Source: Candidatus Aenigmatarchaeota archaeon (GTDB taxonomy: Archaea; Aenigmatarchaeota; Aenigmatarchaeia; CG10238-14; SCSR01). From it: a stretch of 64,000 nt of DNA. The notes beneath the pieces were generated by a model. The model made no database searches. It had not been told where the DNA came from and saw only the letters and a list, made by a program, of their open reading frames with translations. Of this stretch, positions 30,001 through 39,000 are shown piece by piece (positions within the stretch are counted from its first letter, which is position 1; the number at the start of each line of letters is the position of its first letter). The position numbers and the translations under genes were made by a program. The DNA is taken from the NCBI GenBank assembly GCA_038999725.1, contig JAWBWS010000001.1, positions 1 through 64,000 of the forward strand, in the 5' to 3' direction.

Positions 30001-33000
30001 TGTAGGAAGTGATGTAGCTGGTAGAATTTTTGTGACTCGGGATGGAAGTAATTATGATGCTGGCACTAGCGGTACAACAAATTCTTCTGGCTATTTGAAT
30101 GTTAACTTCAACCCAGATACAGGCTATTCGGTTGGGCTTCAAAAATGGAAAGGTGGAACTTATGAAGATACATGCTACAAAGATGCTAACACCACACAAG
30201 AATTCAACCTCACAATACTTACAAACATGTTCAGCAATTTGCTTGAGTTTTCTCAAGGCTCGGAATTCTTGAGGGGAGAAAACATAACTTTCATTTTCAC
30301 CATCATGGACGAGCAGCCTGTAGGGATAGATGGGGCAAATGTCAGCCTAATTTTGACAAATGAAAACTCCCAATCTTTTGAGTGTTTGCCGATAATTGGA
30401 TATGGTAATGGTGAATATAGATGTGTTATAAACACATCTTATCCACAATTGCTTCCAGCAAGGTGGTATAATGTAACCATACACTCAAATAAAACTTACT
30501 ACATTCCAAACACAACTTTATATCAAAACATCTTCTTCATAAAAACTAAACCAGAACTTTTTGCCACAAATGTTTCTTCCCAGCAAGGAAGTGATTTGGG
30601 TGGATGGGGTGAAACTTGGACATTTAAGGTTAACGTTACAGATGAAGATAGGGATAATGTTACTGTTTACTTGAAGATAAAGAAGTTCAATGAACCAGAG
30701 ACTGCCTGGCAGATAGCAAATGTTTCAAGCTATGATGAGAATCCTGACTTGCAGGGACCGATAAACAAAACTGTTGTGTTAACTTACAAGAATCCGGGTT
30801 TATTCCAGAATGCACAAGAAGTTTGGCAATTCATATTTGAAGCAGAAGATTCTAGACTTTATACAACAAAGACTTCAGCCAAAAACTTCACGATAGAGAA
30901 GGATGATGTGGAGATTCAGTTGATTGCTGGAAATAATGGTATAGTGTGGAGAAATGGGACTCAAACAATCTCACTAAAAGTTAGCCTTATTGACATTGAC
31001 CAAAACATTCCAGCAGCTTCGGCAAATGTAACATTCTGGATCACAAAAGATGGAAACAACTGGGACTCTGGCACAATAACTTTAACAGACATGAATGGGA
31101 TAGCAGAATATCTTTTTGATCCTGATTGTGTTTATTCAACAGGAGTACAGAAGTGGAAAGCGAGCTCTATGCCAAACTTTTACTATAAATATCTCAACAC
31201 TTCAAACTTCACTCTAACTATAAAAACATTTATAGCTCTCAACATCAGTTATCCAGACGGCCACTCTTTCCTTGTAGGAACAAAAGTTCCATTTATAGGA
31301 CAAGTTTATGATGAATGTTCAGGAATTCCTGGAGCAAGTGTGACGTTCAGTGATAACTTTGGAGCGTCTTGGTACGAGTGTATTCCTATAAGTGATTTGG
31401 AAAATGGAACTTACAATTGCACATTTGACACAAGTGGTAAGCCATACGGCTGGCATAACATAAGGATGAGAGCTAATAAACAATATTATGGTAACTATCC
31501 AACACCAAATGAAACTATAAAGACAAATGCCTACTTCCTCGCTTCTAAACCAACCTTAAGCAATCCCTCTCTAGATCACACTATTGGTGGATGGGGTGAA
31601 CTCTACACTTTCAGCGTGCAATTGACAGATAGCGATAAAAACTATAACAATGTTAGTTTGTGGAAGAGTTTTGACCAAACAAATTGGATTTTGGTAGACT
31701 CTAAGATTGTACAACCAACATACTCCAATTATCCTGTCAGCTTCCAAGAAAGGTTTAGCTGTGAAGATTATTTGAACGCAATAAATGGCATAAACTATTG
31801 GAAGATAAACACCAGTGACATCTATGGTTATTCAGATGAAACCCAAATCTTCAATTTCATCCTTGATGTAGACAATGTTACTGTTTCAATAGGGAGTGAC
31901 TCAAGCTCGAGTGTAAGAAGAATTGGTGATAATCTTGCCTACCTTAGATTTATAATTTATGATACCGATAGGGGAGTTTACGTTAATAACACAAATGGAA
32001 CGTTCTGGATAACAAGAGACGGTGTGAACTATGATTATAATTTAACATGCTTATCTTACCTTGGTAATTGTACCACAAACTACAATCCTAACTGCAGCTC
32101 TTCTGTTGGAATTCAATATTGGAAAGCTGGTGCAACAGATGCCTGCTACCAAAAAGTTAACACGAGCAATGTAAGTTTAACAGTTTACGGTCAACTTAAC
32201 ATTTCCATCATCCAACCAACATATGGAAAAATAATAAACCGTGATAAAATCACAAACTTCAACGCAAGCGTAAGTGATGATTGCAATCAACAAATAACAG
32301 ATGCTTCTGTGAATTGGTACAATTCTTCTGGTAATTTCCTTGCCTCTGGTTATAACACCAACTGGAAAGTTCCTGCCACTTATAAATTAGGCCTTGAGAC
32401 GATTTATTCAAATGTAACAAGACAATATTATGATGGTAACTCAAATGTCACGCTTGTTTATGTTTATGGTTGGAGTGATGTAAGCTATATAGAACCTTCA
32501 AATTCTTCTGTTTATTCAGCTGGCTCTTTAATAAACATTAAATGTAAGGTTATAGATGGTAATACATCCTTGCCTCTAGAAAATTATGCTGTCTTCTTTT
32601 ACAAGAATGGAAACAATTTTGCGAACAGCTCTACAAATTCTGACGGTATTGCAACAGCTTGGTGGAACACAATTGGTGAAAGTGCTGGTTGGTACAATTT
32701 AACTTGTGTGATAAAAGACAATTCAACCCAATATTACAATGCCTCTATTTCACAAAGGGAGACTTGGATAAGGATAACAAGACCTTTGATAATCGATCAA
32801 ATAATACCACAATACTCTATTATATACAGAAATGACTCTTTCTTCCCCTACCAAACAAACATTAGTGTGCGTGTAAAGGACGCAAACATAGGCATTGCTA
32901 CCAATGCAAATGTAAGTTTTTACAATTCCTCTAGCTTGCTTGGCAGTTGTTTAACAAATTCAATGGGCTGGTGTGAGTTAATAAATTTCAACCCAGAAGA

Positions 33001-36000
33001 TACGATAGCTCCACAAGCTTATGTTATCTATATTAATGCTACTCGTCCTGGAAATGAAAATTCTGAAACCAACTCAACATATATAATCATAAAAGGAAAG
33101 CTCAACACAACCATAATTTCTCCATTGAACAATAGCTACTATTCCAAATCTCAGCCAATTCCACTACAGGCTAATGGAACAAGCGAGAATGGAGAAAGTT
33201 TCTTGATTCTTAACCCAATAATCAGATGGTACAATGAAACTGCACAAATAGGAGAAGGTAACGATACGTTTTTGCCACAATGGAAAGTTGCTGAACAATC
33301 AACTGGCATACATCAATTCATGGCAGTTGCAAGTAAAGATTACTTTGATGACGGAAAGGCAAATGTCACAGTAACAATAACAGGCCTTGCTGATGTGAGT
33401 TGGGTCTTGCCTACAGGTATTGTTCCTTATCCAGAATCTTTTGAACCAACTTGTTTAGTTAAAGATCATGACTCTCAAGCTGGTATACCTAACTATGTTG
33501 TTAATTTCTCTTACAAGTGGGAACCTTCTACACAGTTTATATTTAATGGTAGCTATCTCACGAATTCTTCTGGTTATGCTAGTTATAGCTTCACACCAAC
33601 ACAAAAAGGACACATAACCTTTAACTGCACAATTGGAGACAATGAAAGTCAATACTACTCAGCAAATATCAAAGAAGATTTAGAAACAATTTGGGTTAAG
33701 GATGTAACTCCACCAAGAATTTCTGATGTTTCTATGGTTCCTAATACTAGTTTAGAAGCCAACTTAAATTCAACAATTATAACAGCAACGATTTGGGACA
33801 ATTATTGGATAAATTCTGTTTGGGTCAACATAACTCTGCCAAATCAAAGTTATGTGATAATTCCAATGAGCAACATCACAGTACCAGAAATTGGCTTTGG
33901 CTATTACAATGCAACTTATAGAGCAAGTTATTTGCCATCAGTTGAAGGAATTTACAGTGTGAGAATTTATGCAAAAGATGAGGCTCCTGAATATAATGTG
34001 AATTACACGTTCGCTGGCTACCTTGAAGTTTTCGGTAAATCTTATGGAAGTTTGGAGCAATGTGTTAACAACACAGAAGATGGCAATCTAACAGATTGTG
34101 ACAGTGAAATAGAGGCTCCCTTCATCACCCAAACTCAAGGCTTTAATTTTGAGGTTAAAGTTAACTTCACTAACTTGGGACCAACCACAATGTATTCGGT
34201 AAACTTGACACATCAAGACTCAGGATATATGAGTTACAATGAAAGTGAAAAGAATTGTGGTACTCTTTATGCTAGTCAGAGCTGTATTTGGATTTTCTTG
34301 GCAACAGTTTTACCAGCAACACCACCACAAACTTTAGAAACTAAGGTGAATGCAACATGGAGAAATCCTGATTTGAGTATAAACTCGAGTGTGGGTATAA
34401 CTCAAATAAATGTTCACTCTAATCCTGTGCTCAACATACTCCAAGAGAAATTAGAGAATATTACACCTCACAACAAATACAGTTTTGTTGGAATTTTAAA
34501 TGTTTCATCGGATGGAAATGATGAAGTGTTGAATGTTGGGTTGGATGCCTTTGGTTTGTCAACACTGCCAGAAGGTCATAAAAGCTTTGCTGCTTGTTCA
34601 TTTGGTAATCAAAGTTGCGAACTTGTACTTATACCAACCCAACTTGGAAGCATGCCAGCAGGAACTCGATTGCCTGTTAATGTTTATGTTAATATTCCAT
34701 TTGGTACCTCTCCAGGCTTCTACTTATTGAACATAAGAGCTTACGGGGAAGCTCCTCTCGGCGGAACTTTAACCGACACTGCATTGTTAAATATAACTAT
34801 TCCTCTGAACACAAGTTGGGTGAGAACTCCTGAAACATTTGGCACAATTCTCGCTCCTTTAAACACTAGAGGAATAATTGGATACATAAATGTTTCAAAC
34901 ATAGGTAATGTGAAAATAGGCTTTTCTCAATCAGAGCAAGATTGTGGGAGTGAAATAGGTGGACAACTTGGTGGAACTCTGCTTGTCTCAGAAGATCCTT
35001 CTACAGGATTTGATGTTGAAAGAACTTCTTACAGGCTTATAAATGTGACGTACAATGTGCCGTCAAGTCAACCAGAAGGCTTGTATTGTGTGAGAATTGT
35101 AATAAAGAATTCAACAGCAACTCCGAGCCAGCAATCCACTAATGTTATATTGAACGTTACTGATGTTCCACCAACAATAACAGATGTTTTGATTTATCCA
35201 ACTGTTTTTGAAATTGGTTTTGAAAATGTAACAATTCAAGCAAAGATAACTGACAATTTTGGTGTGAATGATAGCTGGATAAATGTCACTCAACCAGATG
35301 GCTCAATTGTAATTCAGCCTATGAATGTCTTTGACTCAACTTACAATACAACTTATTCGAGTTTGAAGGTTGGAATCCATAAAGTAAAGATTTGTGCAAG
35401 GGATGTTCGAAACTTAACAGGTTGCACTCAAGAATATGAAATAGAAGGTTCGGAAACTACCTTCCTCGAAATCTTGCCAAATGTAACAAAAATAATTGCA
35501 AACAACATAACCATTTATTCTCCCCAAACATTCTCGATAAATGTAACCTTAAACAACACTGGTGGCTCAAGAGCCAAAGATGTTAACTTGAGTATAGAAG
35601 GTTCTGAAAATGTGAGCTCAGACCCACAATTGCTATATTATGGTTTAATATCCAAGTGGTCTTCCAAGAGCAATGTAACAACTATAACAATAGCTGCAAA
35701 CACTGTGCCTGGTTTATATCATGCTAACCTAACTGTAAATTGGACCAATTTGAATAACACGCTCGGCAGAAACAATTTAACACTTGAAATAAATGTAACT
35801 GAAAATCAATTTGTTCATGCTTTAGAAGAAAAGCTAACAATGTTAATAGAAGCTGGTACTGCTAGTACTAAAAAGTTCACAATAAAGTCGGCTGGGAATG
35901 TTAATGCTACCAATATAACCTTTGCTTGCTATTCTGGTGAAGTTTGCTCTAATTTCACAGTATCATTTAGTCCAGATAACATAAACTCCTTGGGTGTAGG

Positions 36001-39000
36001 GGAAACTGCTAACATAAATATAACTGTAACAGTTCCACCAAACTATCTTTCAGGTACTCACTTAGGTATTGTGAGAATAAATTATGATGAAGAATACGCA
36101 GAACTTTTGATAGAAGTTAGAGTACCTATGAACATCTCCTGGATGCAAACTCCCCCTGTGTTGAAGAAGAAAGTTTTCGGAAATGAATCTGGAACTTTTG
36201 GTGTAATAACTATAATCAACACAGGTAATACACCAATCCCAATGAACATGAGTGTTAATGGAACTATTGCTGATAAGTTGTTACTTAATGCAACACAGTT
36301 TACACTAGGATATAGGGAAGTTAAATATATAGGGGTGAACTATTCTTCTCCAGATGTTGAGAGAGACTCAAACTTCACAGGCTTTATAACAAGTCAAATA
36401 ATTGGTGATTTGGCTGAGAACGCTTCAGTTAGAGAGATATCAACTTACGCTGAACTTTATGTCTACAACTACAAGGTTTCTGTAATAACTCCAAATAAAG
36501 ATAGCCCGATTTTGAATGTCAATCCAGGAGATTTGTTGCTGGCTAAAGTTAATGTGACATCAAATTCAACTCCAGTAACAGTTGGTATGAGTTTTGATGT
36601 TGCAGTTTATAATTCTTCAACATCCCTACAAGCGAACATTAACTCTTCTCAATTCAACAGTTCAGATTCTCTCTGGTATGTTAGATTTTACGCCCCAAGC
36701 TTAAGTTTGGCTAGGATTTACAACCTCAACATCACTGCAAACTACACTTTATTTGAAGGTAGGGTAAGGTCTAGTTTTTCAGAAGACTCTATTGTTTATA
36801 AAGATGAAGTAAAGCCTGAAATAGATGTTTACATGCCAATAAGAATAGCTGCAAACACAAGTGTACCAATAAAAGTAAATGTAACGGAAGATGGCGGTCT
36901 TAAAAATGTTTCATTCTGGGTGAAGTATCCGGATGGCTCAATTGAAGAAATTGACCTACAGTTTATGGGTAGATTTGATAATAATTACACTTATGCTACA
37001 AACTTCACCAATACTTCCTTAATTGGTATATACACTCTCTCAGTAAAGGCTTGTGATTTAAGTGAGAATTGTGCTGAAAGAAGCAAAACATTTGAAATTT
37101 ATCCAACTGCATTCTTCTCTGGCTACGCTAAGAATGTAGAAGAAATAGAAGAGTCACCACTCTTACTCAACTTCTTGTTCTATGACGTCAACACAACCAA
37201 TTTAAGATTTAATTTCACTTCAAATGCTTCAACAGGCTATTACAATGAGACAATTGACCTGAAATCTTATGATCTTGTTATAGCAACAAAAGATGAAGGT
37301 TTCAAAAACTCCATTAATTTCTACAACCTTACAATTCTCACAAACTTTTTCAATCCTGTAATTCTTGGAAAAATATCAAACACGAGAACAACTAGCAGTG
37401 CGCTCAAAGGAATTTACTTTGATACTGTATTAAATGCATCAAACATCACTCTCACCATAGAATTCTCTGATTGTGTCAATGAAGGTTGTGGAGTCAGAAT
37501 TTTTGATCCAAATCATTTAGGAATCTACAAATACCAAGGAAACTGGACACCTAAAGTTAGCCACTCACAAAACACTTTATGGACAAGAGTAAGCAATCTT
37601 GCTGGAGACAATTCTGATAATTCGGTGAATTTAACGACTCTTACAGCAACGGCAAGAATTCCTGGTAAGGGAGTTTATATTTTGGCAGAATTCATTTGTG
37701 GAAATAATGAATGCGAAACTACATTAGGAGAGAACACTAATAATTGCCCGATGGATTGTCCTTCAGTACCATCTGCACCTGCAGCTGCCCCGCCTGTTGC
37801 AGCTGCTCCACCAGGTCCTGGGATTGGACCTGCACCCACCATACCAAGCGTGCCTACTCCTGTGCCGTTTGAGATAAAATCAACTCTGCTTGAAACTGTG
37901 TTATTCCCAGGAGAAGAGAAAGTCTTTTCTATAGATATAACAAACAATTTAGATAATAGTGTAGGTGCTACTGTTACCGTAGAAGGACCTGCTTTTGCTT
38001 TGTTAACTGTACAAAGACCTGTATTGAGAGTGTTAGCAAAATCAACAGAAGTTGTTAACATAAAAGCTTATGCATCACCAACAACTGCTCCTGGAATTTA
38101 TCCTGGTGAGATAGTTGTCACAATTGGTAACTCTACTCACAGAACTCCTATAACAATAAAAGTTCAGGCAGTTGTAGAGCCTTTGCTTGACGTTAAAGTT
38201 AAAGTGTTATCAAAAACTGTAGCTCCTGGTGAAAATCTTGTCTTTGAGGTCTCACTCATAAACATGGGTCAAACTTCAAAAATTGAAGATATAACAGTAA
38301 CTTACAATATCAAACCAATATCAGATCCAACAAAAATCATTACAACAAGTAAAGAAACTTTAGCTGTAGAAAATATTTTGACTTATAGGAGAGAAATTCA
38401 AATTCCAGAAGATGTACCACAAGAAAGGTATATAATTGAAGTCAACGCAAGTTATTGGTATGGAAGGAAATATGCTTCCTCTGCTGATAGTTTTGATGTT
38501 AGTGAATTGCCTGTACCTCTTGTAATATTAAGAGCAGTCCTCCTTAATCCACTAACTTATATTGTATTGTTCTTGGGAGTGCCCTCTGTAATAATAGGAG
38601 GTAGATGGTATGCAGCTTACCGAGCAGCAAAGCTTGCAAAAGCAAGGTATATTGCACCCATCGATTTCAAGGCCTTGCCTAAAGCTGGACCAAACTCTAT
38701 AGAGGTTGGAAAAATTGCGGAAACAGATATTAAAGCCTATATAGATATTTCTCAGTTGATAATGCACTCTATAGCGGCCGGTGGTACTGGTTCAGGTAAG
38801 TCTGTCTCCGCCATGATATGTGCTGAAGAATTGCTTAAGAGAAAAGTCCCAGTTATAGTATTTGATCCAACTGCACAGTGGACAGGATTCATGAAGCCAT
38901 GTAAACTTAAACCCATGTTAGATTTGTATCCAAAGTTCGGGCTTAAACCAACGGATGCAACGAGCTTCAAAACAAATATAGTGCTTGTGGAAGATCCTAA

